Under the pieces are notes generated by a model. That model saw only the letters and a program-made list of their open reading frames with translations. It ran no database searches and was not told the origin of the DNA. Position numbers and translations under genes: made by a program. A stretch of DNA of 64,000 nucleotides from Piromyces finnis finn (Eukaryota; Fungi; Neocallimastigomycota), in assembly GCA_002104945.1 (NCBI GenBank), contig MCFH01000013.1, positions 124,001 through 188,000 on the forward strand. The letters run 5' to 3'. Below are positions 22,368-35,085 of this stretch, piece by piece. Each line of letters opens with the position of its first letter. Within the stretch, counting starts at the first letter, position 1.

Positions 22368-25300
22368 CTAATTTTTAATAAAGGTACTTTCAGCTGGACT
22401 ACCATAAACAGTAGCTAATTTTCCCTTGTAAAGTGTCATTCTAATTAAAGCAATGTTTGGATCACATTGGTAATAACGAATGGTGTGAATACCTTCATCA
22501 AGAGTAATATTTTGTTTGTAACTTCTTCTACCGTTATTTTCAATATCAGCAGCCCAAGTACCTTGTTTCCAAGTACCGGCTAAGTAGTCTTTAACAAGAG
22601 TATTAATAATATCGATTTCACCATTGTCAATGCTAATACCGTATCTTAATTGTTCCTTACCATAAATAAGATTACTAGTTGGGTTGAATTGACTTTCTAA
22701 ATTGTATTCACCCTTAGCTGGAATGTATACCTTGTATTCAACGTATGGAGCATTCTTTAAGTCATCAACTGTTTCATAGGTAATAGTAGAACTACTGGTT
22801 CTTACAGTGCTTAAATATTTACCATTATCTGGAATAACAATCATTTCATTCTTAACGAGCTTTCCTTGGTTATTGATACCCTTACCGTCAACCTTCTTAC
22901 TGAAGTTGGCAACATCAAGAGTAACATAATCATGAGTCATTACATAGGTCTTTGGTTCTAATTTAGCATTATCGATGACCTTGGCTTCAACCTTAACATG
23001 AACTTCTTGTTCACCAGAAGTAATAACAATCATACCTTCAGAATCCTTATTTATTTTTTTCCAGTTAATACTAACTTCAATAACCTTTTCTTCAGCAACC
23101 TTACCACTTTTAGTAGAGAGTTTGATCCACTTATCAGCAGTAGCCTTGAATTTGTAGGCACTACCCTTGGTAAGAAGTTGAATCTTGAAGGTTTCATCAC
23201 TAACACTGTTGAAGGTTGGTAACTTTGTTTCACCTTCGGTAACGACATTCTTGAAACTGTCGGTAATGTCTTCAACTAAAATTTGCATTTCAGAAGATGA
23301 TTCTGGATTAACGGTCATTAAGTCTGGAAGCTTACCACTGTCACGATCCCAAGCTTGAAGACCAATGTGGTAGTTTTGACCACAAGAAATCATACCACTC
23401 CACTTTTTACCTGATTCAACAACACCTGGCATCTTTTCATTATAACCATCGAATAATTCATTATCAAGATCAATGGCTTCTTGGCATAATTTAGCATACT
23501 TGTTAGCAACGGTAAGACCAAGTTTAGCGTACTTGTTGTTTAAAGCAGCGTAGATTTGAATCTTTAAAACATTTGGAACAGCCATAGCTGGATAGTAGAC
23601 AAGTTGATAGAAAGAAGCCTTGACATCATCAGGAACCTTTGCCCATAAAGCTTCAGTACGTTTCATAATATCATCACATTCTTCAAGAATGATAAGAGCT
23701 TCGTTGTAATTGTCGATACTGTACATATCGGAACAAGTGTCAACAGTGTTGTATAAAACATGTTCGACAACACGCTTGGTTTCAAGATCAAGGTATCTAT
23801 CAATAAGGTTAGCAGCTTCTTTACATTCTTCATCGCTTAAGCCACTACCATCTTTTCTACTAAATTGTTGTTTAGCCCATTCGAATTTGTATTCGTCAAT
23901 TCTCTTGTGACCTGCAGTACCAAGGTATTCATAGTCATAAGCAAGATCAAGGAAGTAGGAGATGTTAATTTCCATTGGTTTTAAATCACCAACATTAGCA
24001 ATCCAGACACCTTCAATTCCATAGTCGTAAGCAATAGACATTTGATCCCAAATAGTAGAGATTTGTGTGTTTTGAACCCAGGTGTAAGATTTTGGAGCAC
24101 CAACATAGTCAAAGTGATAATACATACCAGAACCAGCAATTTGCTTTTGTTGATCAAGAGTTGGTAAAGTTCTCATGTAAGCCCAGTTATCATCACAGAA
24201 CATAGCATAAGTTTGCTTCATACAATCTTTATTGTATAATTCACCAGCATACCAAGCGTCTTCAACTTCCTTATAGATGACTAATTGAGTTGGATTGGTA
24301 TCCTTATGATCCTTTAAAATTCCCTTTTGAGTATTGATAATGTAGTTAAGTAAGTCAGCGTATCTTGGTGGATCGTCAGCAGCTGGAAGAGTGGAATCGT
24401 TTTCACCTCTCATACCGACAGTACAAATGTTTTCGAATTCTTTGTTTCTGATAACACTTTCAGTCCAGAATTCTTCGATTTCCTTGTTAACTTCTGGATG
24501 GTAGCCTTCTTGACCTGGAATGTTGTAAAGATTCCAAGCTTCAGCAGAAGTGTAGTTTAAGTCGTTTCTGTAGTAGTTAGCCCATTCACTACCGGCACGG
24601 TAAAGTGGTTCATGGTGAGAAGTTCCCATAACAATACCGTACTTATCAGCAAGCTTAGCACTGGCAAGACTATCACCTACACCATCAGCACTGAAAGTGT
24701 CACCCCACATGGCTGGCCAAAGGTAGTTTGCCTTTAAACGAATTAAAAGTTCATAAACTTGACGGTAGAAGTATTGATTTCTTCCACCGTATCTTTTGTC
24801 TGTCCAAGTGGTAAGAGATGGTGCTTCATCATTAAGGAAAATACCACGATATCTAATAGATGGTTCCTTTGAAATGATATTACATTCTCTGCCTGGAAGG
24901 GTAACGCTAGATTGAACAGCAGGTAAAACATCACTCCACCAAACCCATGGAGATACTCCCATCATTTCAGAGATATGCATCATACCGTAAAGGGCACCAC
25001 GTTTGTCACTACCGACTATAACAAGAGCTTCGTCAACTCCAGTCATTGGTGATTTAACTACTTGCATTTGATAGCATTCCCAACGACCTTCAAGTCTCTT
25101 TAAGTCAATCTTTTTGGTATTGACAAGTTGGTTGATTACATCATTACCCTTTTCACCTGCAGTACCAACAATAATAACTCTGCCAGATAATTTTTTAGCA
25201 TCAGTTTCAATTTTTAAACCATTCTTACTTTCAACAGCATTACCTTCCTTATCGATTTTATCGCCAATAACTCTGGCAACATCAGATCTAAGAGCTTGAG

Positions 25301-25721
25301 CAATAACACTAATACCATCATATTCAGAATCGTTTTCGTCAATGTAAAGACTGGCCATCACCTTGGAATTCTCAATTAAAACAAAATCCTTTGAAGGTAA
25401 ATAGATTTTTGGAGCAATTTTTTGATTTCTAATTGGCATGTGTGGTACATCATCTTGTTCATTGTTTTCTTGATCATCGTTTTCTTTTTCAGAGTTTTCT
25501 TCGTCAGAAACAATTTCCTCAACATCGATAGCTGCAGAAACATCTTCAACATCATCATCACTAGATTCTTCAACACTAGAAGTAGCTATTTCAATAGAAT
25601 TATCCTTTTCATGAACATTTTCAGAAATTGAAAGATCATTTGGAATATTTTTAGCGGATGAGGAAGAATATTGGCATTCGAAAATAAGAGCCAATAAAGC
25701 TAAAGTGTTAATAAATTTCAT
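22368..25721 (-). CDS. Secreted GH115 xylan alpha-1,2-glucuronidase, copy 1 (intronless)
   Basis: Signal peptide, acidic linker, GSDKRGALYG, GVSPWVWW, RYRGIFLNDEAP, KANYLWPAMW, GTSHHEP, GMRG, YYHFDYVGAP, NVGDLKPME motifs. Confidence 0.92.
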   Translation of the reverse strand: MKFINTLALLALIFECQYSSSSAKNIPNDLSISENVHEKDNSIEIATSSVEESSDDDVEDVSAAIDVEEIVSDEENSEKENDDQENNEQDDVPHMPIRNQKIAPKIYLPSKDFVLIENSKVMASLYIDENDSEYDGISVIAQALRSDVARVIGDKIDKEGNAVESKNGLKIETDAKKLSGRVIIVGTAGEKGNDVINQLVNTKKIDLKRLEGRWECYQMQVVKSPMTGVDEALVIVGSDKRGALYGMMHISEMMGVSPWVWWSDVLPAVQSSVTLPGRECNIISKEPSIRYRGIFLNDEAPSLTTWTDKRYGGRNQYFYRQVYELLIRLKANYLWPAMWGDTFSADGVGDSLASAKLADKYGIVMGTSHHEPLYRAGSEWANYYRNDLNYTSAEAWNLYNIPGQEGYHPEVNKEIEEFWTESVIRNKEFENICTVGMRGENDSTLPAADDPPRYADLLNYIINTQKGILKDHKDTNPTQLVIYKEVEDAWYAGELYNKDCMKQTYAMFCDDNWAYMRTLPTLDQQKQIAGSGMYYHFDYVGAPKSYTWVQNTQISTIWDQMSIAYDYGIEGVWIANVGDLKPMEINISYFLDLAYDYEYLGTAGHKRIDEYKFEWAKQQFSRKDGSGLSDEECKEAANLIDRYLDLETKRVVEHVLYNTVDTCSDMYSIDNYNEALIILEECDDIMKRTEALWAKVPDDVKASFYQLVYYPAMAVPNVLKIQIYAALNNKYAKLGLTVANKYAKLCQEAIDLDNELFDGYNEKMPGVVESGKKWSGMISCGQNYHIGLQAWDRDSGKLPDLMTVNPESSSEMQILVEDITDSFKNVVTEGETKLPTFNSVSDETFKIQLLTKGSAYKFKATADKWIKLSTKSGKVAEEKVIEVSINWKKINKDSEGMIVITSGEQEVHVKVEAKVIDNAKLEPKTYVMTHDYVTLDVANFSKKVDGKGINNQGKLVKNEMIVIPDNGKYLSTVRTSSSTITYETVDDLKNAPYVEYKVYIPAKGEYNLESQFNPTSNLIYGKEQLRYGISIDNGEIDIINTLVKDYLAGTWKQGTWAADIENNGRRSYKQNITLDEGIHTIRYYQCDPNIALIRMTLYKGKLATVYGSPAESTFIKN

Positions 25722-26826
25722 TTTTATTTATATATTTTTAAATAAATAAATAAAAAAAAAAACTATAATAAAATAAATAAATTAAATATTAAGATTAACT
25801 AATATGTTTATGTTTATATTTAAATAATATTTAACAAATTAATAATATTTTATATTTATTAATTTGCTTTTTTTTTTTAATTTCTATAATTTCTTATTAT
25901 TTTATTATTTATATATATAAATATTTATTTATTTATATATATTTTTTAAATTTTGATATTCTAATAAGGAAAAAAGAAAATTTCTTGTTTATATATCTTT
26001 TTTTTATTATTATTATTATTATTTGAAAATATCCGCATTTTATTAATTTTATATATTATAATATTGTATTATTGTTTTATTAAATAATATATTTTTTATT
26101 GTTGTACAAAAATAGTTTAAAAATTTATATTAAAAGTATATTCTTTATCAATATACCATCACTTATAAAGCATCAAGATTATACAACTTTATATTATATT
26201 TTTTTAATATGAAATAATTTTTTTTTTTACAAAGAATTTAATATTGTATATTAAATTAATTTAGCTATTTTAAAATACCAATTAAATAACAATAAAATAA
26301 AAAATAATTCGTAAACTAAAAACAATAAGAATTTCTATTTCATAAAATATTATAAAAACTTTTATAATTTAAATATGTTAATATGTTACATAAATCTTAC
26401 AATGTATAAATAATCGTTTTTATTCTACTAAAATTTAATTATAAATTAAAGTTTTTATTTCTAATAAGACACTTTTACTTTTTTATATAGGAATTTTATA
26501 TAATTATTATTAATATTGTAGATGGATATTTTTAATTTTCCTTCTTATTTATTGTTCTTTGATAAATTTGTATAATATAATAGTTAAAAAACAAAACTTT
26601 CTAAATTTCTTTTTCTTTAATATTATATACTGTAATAATAAATTAAGAAAAAAACTCAATGTTTTTCTAAAAAATATATATATATAAAGTTAAACAAATA
26701 ATAAAAATTATTTATTCCTATTTTTTAAATATAGTAAACTAATAATATCTTTGAACATTTATTTATTAAAGTTACAGGACCATTTCTTTTCAAAAAAAAA
26801 AAAAAAAAAAAAAGGTTATTTAACGG

Positions 26827-26872
26827 AATAAAAAATTTCCCTTAATTTTCTATTGGAAAATCCAATTTATTA
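26827..26872. promoter_or_regulatory. Conserved noncoding element in the GH115/SGNH divergent promoter
   Basis: TTTCTATTGGAAAATCCAATTTATTA; reverse-complement paralogue at 44024-44067 amid diverged DNA; core ATTGG-N5-CCAAT inverted repeat. Confidence 0.5.
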
Positions 26873-27711
26873 ATATTTCAACAATTAAAATATTGTTTAA
26901 GCAAACAATGATCAATGATTTATCTCAATTTGACTATCAACAAACCATTATTAAATTGATGGAGACAACAACAATAATAAAATAATGACAAATAAAAATT
27001 CAGTATTGTAATGATATTGATACCCTTAAAAAAAAAATTATATATGTTATATCTATATTTAATAAAAATTAAAAAATTATAATAAATAATTTTCCCTTAT
27101 GGTAATAGTATTAATACAAATTTAAATAACAATATTTAATTCTTTTTTAAAAAACCTTTAAAGTGTTATCACTTATTATACTTTTTTTTTTATTTATTAC
27201 TTAATATAATAAGTAGTAATTTTTTTTTTTTTTTAAATAATAATAATAATAATAAAATATTTAATGAAAATAATTATATTTTAAATTATATATAAAATAA
27301 TCCTAATATGTACCAAAAATTAATCAAATTTGTGAAACATTTAAGGATTTTTATATATTTATTTTAATTTAATATATTATTCCATAGTAAATATTAGTCA
27401 TGTAAATGAAAAGGGAGGATAATAAATTTATGAAAAACGAATAATAATAACAATAATAATAAGCATCTTATTTTTATTATTAAAAAATTAACATATTATA
27501 CTTATAGAATATATAAAATATTATTGATTAAAAATATTAGAAATACTCACTTAAAATATTATATTATTAAATATATCAACATTTTTGTATATAAATAGTA
27601 TTATTTCCATTATATTTTTATTTTTTTTATTATTACTATTAAAAATTAAAAATATTAAATTTCTTATTACTAAAAAAGTAAGGAAGAAATATTTTATAGT
27701 AAATTAAAAAA

Positions 27712-29004
27712 ATGAAATTTTATTTAATATCAGCTTTATGTCTTATATTTATTAATGCTATTTTTGCATTAAATGAAGTATCATACACTGGTACTTGGTC
27801 TGCTTCTCAATACTGTAATGGAGAAATGCCAGAAATTGATTTACAAGGAAATACTTTACGTCAATTTCTTAGAGTTTCTATTCCTGGTGAAAATTTAAGA
27901 TTCCATTTTTCCAATATTTACGGTAATGAAGAATTAGTATTACAATCTATTCATGTTGCAAAATCTGCTGGTCAAGGTACTGGTAAAATTATTTTAGAAA
28001 CTGATACTGAAATCACTTTTAATGGTAGTCCAGAAGTTACTATTCCAGCTAATGGTGATATCATTTCTGATACCATTCCATTTTCAATCTCCACTTTTGA
28101 TGAAATTGCCATTTCTATCTACTATGGTAAGATTCCAGCTGATTTCACTGGTCATGCTGGTGCTAGAACTTACTCTTTCATTGAATTAGGCAATGCTGTT
28201 AGTAAAGAAAGCTTTAGTGAAGAACACAAGTTTGCTCGTTGGTACACAATGGCAGCTATTGATGTTGTTGATAATGAAAAGGAAAAAGAAGCTATTTTAT
28301 GTTACGGTGATTCTATTACTGATGGTAGAGGTTCTACTACCGATCATCAAAATAGATGGACTGATGTCTTTGCTGAAAAATTACAAAGTAATCCAGCTAC
28401 TCAACACTTTTCAGTATTAAATGCTGGTATCGGTGGTAGTAGTTTATACGGTCCAAACAATCCTGTTTGGCCAACTGGTTTAGGTAGATTCCAAAAGGAT
28501 GTTGCCGAACAAGTTAATGTCAAGTACATGATTGTTTTATATGGTATTAATGATATTATTTATGGTAATATTGATGCTCCAACTCTTATTCAAGGTTTCA
28601 AGGAACTCATCCAAAAAGCCCATGACCTTGGTATTACTATCTATGGTAGTCCAATTCTTCCATTTAAAACCCAATCTTTATGGACTGAAGAAAAGAATAT
28701 AATAAAGGAAACCGTTAATGATTGGATTGTCAACACCCCAGCTAGTGAAGGTGGTTTTGATGCTATTATTGATTTCGCCTCTGTTGTTGCTGATCCATAT
28801 GATCCAATGGTCTTCAATGCTGATTTATGTGATAATGATGGTCTTCATCCAAACTACTTAGGTCACAATGCTATTGGTAATGCTGTTGATCTTAGTCTTT
28901 TCATTTCTGAAGAAGAAGATATTAGTAGTGAAGAAGAAGTTGATGACATTATTATTGATAATGAAGAAGTTGCTGAAATTGACAGTGCTGATGAAGAAAA
29001 TTAA
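27712..29004 (+). CDS. Secreted SGNH/GDSL esterase (XynE-like; putative carbohydrate esterase), copy 1
   Basis: Signal peptide; TLRQFLRVS...FSN N-domain; GDSITDG, NAGIGG, GIND, DGLHPN blocks; acidic tail; intronless. Confidence 0.9.
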   Translation: MKFYLISALCLIFINAIFALNEVSYTGTWSASQYCNGEMPEIDLQGNTLRQFLRVSIPGENLRFHFSNIYGNEELVLQSIHVAKSAGQGTGKIILETDTEITFNGSPEVTIPANGDIISDTIPFSISTFDEIAISIYYGKIPADFTGHAGARTYSFIELGNAVSKESFSEEHKFARWYTMAAIDVVDNEKEKEAILCYGDSITDGRGSTTDHQNRWTDVFAEKLQSNPATQHFSVLNAGIGGSSLYGPNNPVWPTGLGRFQKDVAEQVNVKYMIVLYGINDIIYGNIDAPTLIQGFKELIQKAHDLGITIYGSPILPFKTQSLWTEEKNIIKETVNDWIVNTPASEGGFDAIIDFASVVADPYDPMVFNADLCDNDGLHPNYLGHNAIGNAVDLSLFISEEEDISSEEEVDDIIIDNEEVAEIDSADEEN

Positions 29005-29489
29005 AAATAAAATAAAGAAAAATTAAATATAAATATTAATAAAAAAATAGAATGAAATATAATAAATGAAATAATGAATAAAATAAATAAATATAAATAA
29101 GTTAGTAATTTTAATATAAAACTAAATAAAAAAGTAAATAAATGTAAAAATGAATTATTTATAAAAAATAAAATAAAATAAAAATTAAAAAAAATTTTAT
29201 AATTCATAAATTATATATACTATATATTATATAAAGTAATAGAAAGTTAGTAAATAAACAAAATAATTATAAAAAGTGTACTTTTACAGAAATATTAAAA
29301 AAATTGGAATATTTCAATACTTTTTTTGATTTGACATAAAAAAGTATAATGATGGAATAGAATTGAAAGGCATGCAAATACTCGTTATCAGTAAGCCTTT
29401 CTTTTTTAGTTTTGGTTATTGTCATTATTATTAGAATTATTTTAAATTTAGAAAATATACATGGTGCAAATCAAGTAGGGCATTTGATA

Positions 29490-30420
29490 AAAAATTTAAG
29501 AAGCATGGAGATATTAAAGCAGTTAAAAACTTTTATTGGAAAGATCTTAAAGGAAATTCAATCAAAGCGCAATATTATGATGATAATAAATTCATTGAAA
29601 CTAAAGATTTTATTAAATTTTGTTATGAGTACCCAGAGTTTGTTTATGGTTTCTATTGGCTATTGAAAGCAAGAAGCGGATACAAGTTGGATGCTAGAGT
29701 TGAGAAAGCTGTTAAATTTGTTGATCTAGTCTGGCCTAACTACTGTCCATGTTGCAAGAGTGGAGATCAAAGTATTAAACATTGGTTATTAAATTTTCCA
29801 ACTTTTAAAGATATCCGTATTAAACATTACAATTCCATAGTCCAGCTATTAAATTTTTTCAGTCAACGTAATTCCAAAAGTCCTATCAATAATAATGAAA
29901 ATGTTAATATCAGTAGAGATAGCAATAATAATAATAGTAATAGTAACAATAATAATAATACTAGTAATATTAGTAATAATATTAGTAATATTAGCATTAG
30001 TGAAGAAAATAATTCTAATTTAGATAGTAATTTAGATAATAATAGAAATAGTTCTAATAATCCGGTGAATATTAATGTGTGTGTGCAAAAAAATATTTAA
30101 ATTCCTTCTTGGGGGAAGGTTTTAACAATATCAATTACAATTCAAGGGAATGGAAAGAATTTTGCAAGTGTCAGATTCAATTGGGCACTTACGAAGGAAC
30201 AACATTATTGACGGTAACAGCGGAACTTCTAACCAAAAGCATGCCTTTTGCTATTGGCCAGCAATGGTCAATGTTCAAAAGGTTTGAAGCAACATCCAAG
30301 AGCGTCAATGCTGAAGAAACAGTAAGACAGGCCAGGAGGGCCAGCGCAACCAATGGAGATCATAATTTTGTTCCATGATAAAATTTTGATCTTTGACTCG
30401 GTGTCCCATTGGAAGTCAAA
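29490..30420 (+). mobile_element. 5'-truncated, decayed non-LTR retrotransposon (LINE) 3' end
   Basis: WLLKARSGY...CPCCKSGDQSIKHWLLNFPTFKDIR resembles the C-terminal CCHC region of LINE ORF2; frameshifts; small 3' hairpin TTTGACT...AGTCAAA near 30391-30420. Confidence 0.6.
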
Positions 30421-30849
30421 TACAATTATTATACTTTAGTATAATAGTGACTTTCTTACTTTAATTAAAATTACTAGAATACATTATACCCAATTTTTAT
30501 TCGTTTGTGTTTATTTAAACATTTTTTTTTATTTTTTTATAACATGTATTAAAATTTTAATTAAATTAATAATAAAGTTTAAAAATAGTTGATGCCGTTA
30601 AAAAAAAACTTGATATAGTATTCTATATATAAACTATCCATTTTTTTTCACTCTAATCTTGAATCCTTGATGAATATATACAACTCTATTGTAATATTTT
30701 TAATGATAATTAATTAATTAGTTGACAGCTTGTATTTTCTGTTATATAAAATATTTAATACGATATATTATTGATAAAAGTAATTCTAAAATTAATTTTA
30801 ATATATTAGAAAGTCCTGAATTCCAAGATATGAGTAGTTATACTTATGT

Positions 30850-31300
30850 GATAGTAATCCTTTATTTATTGCCTGTTTTTATATATCTGATCTATTAATG
30901 AAAATATTAATAAATTATGGAGTCTATAAAAGTAAAGGTAATAATAATAACACCCTATTACATTACGAAGTTTGTCTTGACCTTATGCCTTTTATATTAC
31001 CTTTAATAAAAAATATGATGTAATAAAAAATATGATGTAATAAAAAATAATGGAGAAACATCATTACATTGGGAATGTAAATGCTATAATTATGACAATG
31101 ATGATAAAACTTTGTGCTGGGGTAGATAAATAAGATAATGAAGGTAAAACACCATTCATAACATTTAACATTTTATGTTTAACAAACTATTTATTCTAAA
31201 AAGTTATTAGCTATATTTGATACGGAATGGATATAAATAATGGAAGTGAAATACTTTTAAAAGAGGCTTGTAAAGGGACAAGATTTCTTAAAGTGTTAGA
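30850..31300 (+). pseudogene. Ankyrin-repeat pseudogene fragment
   Basis: Translates DSNPLFIAC...LMKILINYGV...GNNNNTLLHY, NNGETSLHWEC, DNEGKTPF with stops and frameshifts. Confidence 0.6.
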
Positions 31301-31485
31301 ATTACAGATTAAACGTAGATCTGACATCATAAAGCAAATAAATACGAAACAAATGTGTACTAGTAAAATGTATTATATAATTGCTATTCAATGTTTAGGG
31401 AAATTTGATGTAAAAATATCTTAGATATTTGTTGTTATTAATATAAGAAATAATTATGACACCTTTTATTTCACAATAAATATTT

Positions 31486-31583
31486 AATAAAATAAAATAA
31501 AATAAAATAAAATAAAATAAAATAAAATAAAATAAAATAAAATAAAATAAAATAAAATAAAATAAAATAAAATAAAATAAAAA
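31486..31583. repeat. (AAAAT)n microsatellite
   Basis: Direct reading; explains ORF 31395-31592. Confidence 0.95.
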
Positions 31584-31682
31584 GAAATTCAAATTAAATA
31601 AAACAAATCAATTTATGTTATATAATATATATAAAAATATAAAGATGAATTAAATAATTTTTTTATATTAAATTTTTTATAT

Positions 31683-32430
31683 AGATACTTTCAGCTGGAT
31701 GACCATAAAAAAAAGTTGAATCTTGAAGGTTTCATCACTAACACTATTGAAAGTTGGTAACTTTGTTTCACCTTCGGTAATGACATTCTTGAAACTGTCG
31801 GTAATATCTTCAACTAAAATTTGCATTTCAGAAGATGATTCTGGATTAACGGTTATTAAGTCTGGAAGCTTACCACTGTCACGATCCCAAGCTTGAAGAC
31901 CAATGTGGTGGTTTTGACCACAAGAAATCATACCACTCCACTTTTTACCTGATTCAACAACACCTGGCATCTTTTCATTATAACCATCGAATAATTCATT
32001 ATCAAGATCAATGACTTCTTGGCATAATTTAGCATATTTGTTAGCAACGGTAAGACCAAGTTTAGCGTACTTGTTGTTTAAAGCAGCGTAGATTTGAATC
32101 TTTAAAACATTTGGAACAGCCATAGCTGGATAGTAGACAAGTTGATAGAAAGAAGCCTTGACATCATCAGGAACCTTTGCCCATAAAGCTTCAGTACGTT
32201 TCATAATATTGTCACATTCTTCAAGAATAATATGAGCTTCGTCGTAGTTTTATAGTTATCGGTACTGTTACTACCAAATAATTTTTAAACCTTTTTTTTT
32301 TTTTTACTTTCAACATCATTATCTTTCTTATCGATTTTATCACTCTAGCAACATCAGATTTAAGCGCTTGAGCAATAACATTAATCCCATCCTATTCAGA
32401 AACGTTTTCATAAATGTAAAGCCCGTTATT
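31683..32430 (-). pseudogene. Third, internally deleted GH115 copy
   Basis: C-terminal tip (matches ~22380-22410) joined to a ~520-bp near-identical block (matches ~23175-23715), then a more diverged block matching ~25207-25345. Confidence 0.9.
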
Positions 32431-33630
32431 GTAAAAATATTTTTTTTAACTCTTGCAAAGTATTTAATATTTTATATTTATTTTTTTATTGTATCAAATA
32501 AGGTTTTAAGTTGGAACAAAATATAAAAATATAATTAAAAAAGAACAAGAATGTAAAAGATTAAGGAGTAGTTTAATATTTTAACTCTATTGAATCATGT
32601 GTATTATTATAATCATTACTAAATATATTTATAATATAGGTATAATATTATAATATTAATATAACTATAATATTATTATAGTTTTATTAATAACTTTTTC
32701 AATAAATTTTTCTATTTCTATTTATTAATAATTTTATATTTTGATAATGAATAAATTTAATTATATGTAAGGATTAAAGAAAAAAAAGAAAAAAGGAATA
32801 TTTTTTAATTGAATAACATAAAAGTATAATATAACTAATTTTTTAAAATAATAAAAGTTAAAAAAAAAAAAACAGTTAAAAATAGTTTTTTTTACTAATA
32901 AAAAAAATATATTAAAGTTATAAAATATTTTTATTTTCATTATTAAATAATTTTCATACTAAAATATTAATAATGATATTTTATTTATTATTTCTTTTAT
33001 TATATATATTTTTGAATTTCATAAAGGTTTTAAAAAGAATTGACCTTCATAAAATCCCATATGTACTAAAGATGATTGTTGCATTTAAAAATATTTAAGG
33101 TTCTTTTTTTTTAATTTTTCCTTTTCTAAATTTTATAGGACATTCTTCCATTATAATTTATAAGTAAAATCTTCACATTCCCTCTTTTTTTTTTTTTATT
33201 TTTATAAAAAATAGAACAATACCTTTTCAGGAGTACAAATAAATATAAAAGTATAAAAAAATTAACTTTTTATGGGTGTATCTATTTCTATAAGGAGAAG
33301 GAATACTTTAAAAAAAATTTTTTTTATTTCCCCTAATCTTTTTCTTTTTTTATAATGAAGTAATACCACAAGCAAGCACAAGATAATAAAATAGAAATTT
33401 GAAAAAAAAAAAATAGTATTAGAGAGTGAATAGGGTCAATTATATATAGTAATATTTAAACTTTAGAGGGAGTTTTTATATATATATTTTATTAAATCTT
33501 TTTATGAAGTTTTTGAACTGTTTTAATTCCATCTTAAACTGTGTGCTATTCCAATATTCCTGTTTTTATTGACATGCTTCTTTAATATACAAATTATTTA
33601 ATAATGAAGATACAAAATTCAATAGATTCC

Positions 33631-33800
33631 TTTCCTTACATTATGTATACATTATTTATCTGTTTACTATGAATTATTACATCATTTCTTATTTCCTTAC
33701 ATTATGTATACATTATTTATCTGTTTACTATGAATTATTACATCATTTCTTATTTCCTTACATTATATATTCCTTATTTACCTGTTTACTATGGATTATT
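33631..33800. repeat. 61-bp tandem repeat, about 2.7 copies
   Basis: Units start at 33631, 33692, 33753 (TTTCCTTACATTATGTATACATTATTTATCTGTTTACTATG...). Confidence 0.85.
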
Positions 33801-35053
33801 ACTACTATCATCATGAAATCCACTTTTTATTTTATGATGTTTCAACATCATCAAGGTTGAGTGTGTGTTAGATTTTTAATTTAAATTGTATCATTTATAG
33901 GATACATTAATACATTAATACATTATTAATAATAATGTACATTATTTAATACAGTTTCAATAGTATTCTTCGTATTATTTTAAAAGTTTTGTTTGAAATT
34001 AAAAAAATATTATATTAATTAAATAAATAAAAAAAAAAAAAAGAATCTTGCGGTGTGTTTGCTTTTTTTTTTTTTTAAGAAAGGTGGGAATTCTTTTTTC
34101 TTCTCATAATTACGGCGGCAATAATAACAGTGATTTAGTGAGAATAGCTAAATTTAATGAAATAATTTAATATTTTATTTTTATTAATATTTCAAATATT
34201 AATTAATTATTTCATTCTTTAATTTCTTGTTTTGGAAAGATTAATTTTTTGTAAAAGATAAAAAGAATTAACCCATTCATGAAAGATTACTTTTTCTTTA
34301 TAAATAGAAAAAATAGATAAACAAAAAATTCTTTTTTTTTTTTTTTTTATTTTATTACCTTTTTACTACTTTTTAAAACTTTTCTTTTGTAGTCCTTATT
34401 GAAAATAAAAAAAAAAATAAAAATGAAAAAATATCAAATTTTATTAATATTCTTTTTTAATTTTTTTTTTTATTTTCAATCACTATTTTTAATATATTAT
34501 TATTCTATTTTAATATAGAATCATTCATGAAAGAATTAAAAATTTGATCTTTTTTTTAATTTAATTTTTTATACATTTGTGTTACATTAAATGATTAATT
34601 TAATTTATTCTACCTCCTTTTTTTTTATTCTTATTTTGAAAAAAACAAAACAAAATGAAACACTATTCAGTAGTTGAAAAGAAATAATTATCAGCATAAA
34701 AAAAGTAGCATTAAATAAAAGTTAAATATTTTAAAGTTTTATATAGTTTTTTTCTTTTTCTTCTTCTTATTTTAATTTATAAAATATATTTATTTCATTT
34801 TATTATTATATAAATATTTCATAAAAATAAAATGAATCATTACGATAGAAAAATAAATGAAATTAAAAAAAGAAACTTTATTAATTAAAGAAAAAAATTT
34901 ATTTTTTTTAAATTTTTATTTCTGTTTCTATATTTTCATTGAATAGTTTTTTTTCTTTCTATCATTTTTTGGATTATTATTTAATTAAAAAGTGTTTTTA
35001 TTTCAATATTTTAATACCCTCTTCTATTCATTATTTTGATTACTATGCTATTA

Positions 35054-35085
<32 letters not shown>

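Noticed and set aside
22998-25631. Short overlapping or antisense ORFs within GH115 (and those within SGNH, gag-pol, GPCR and the 58-62 kb gene)
   Set aside because: Shadow ORFs produced by codon bias of the real genes; no motifs.
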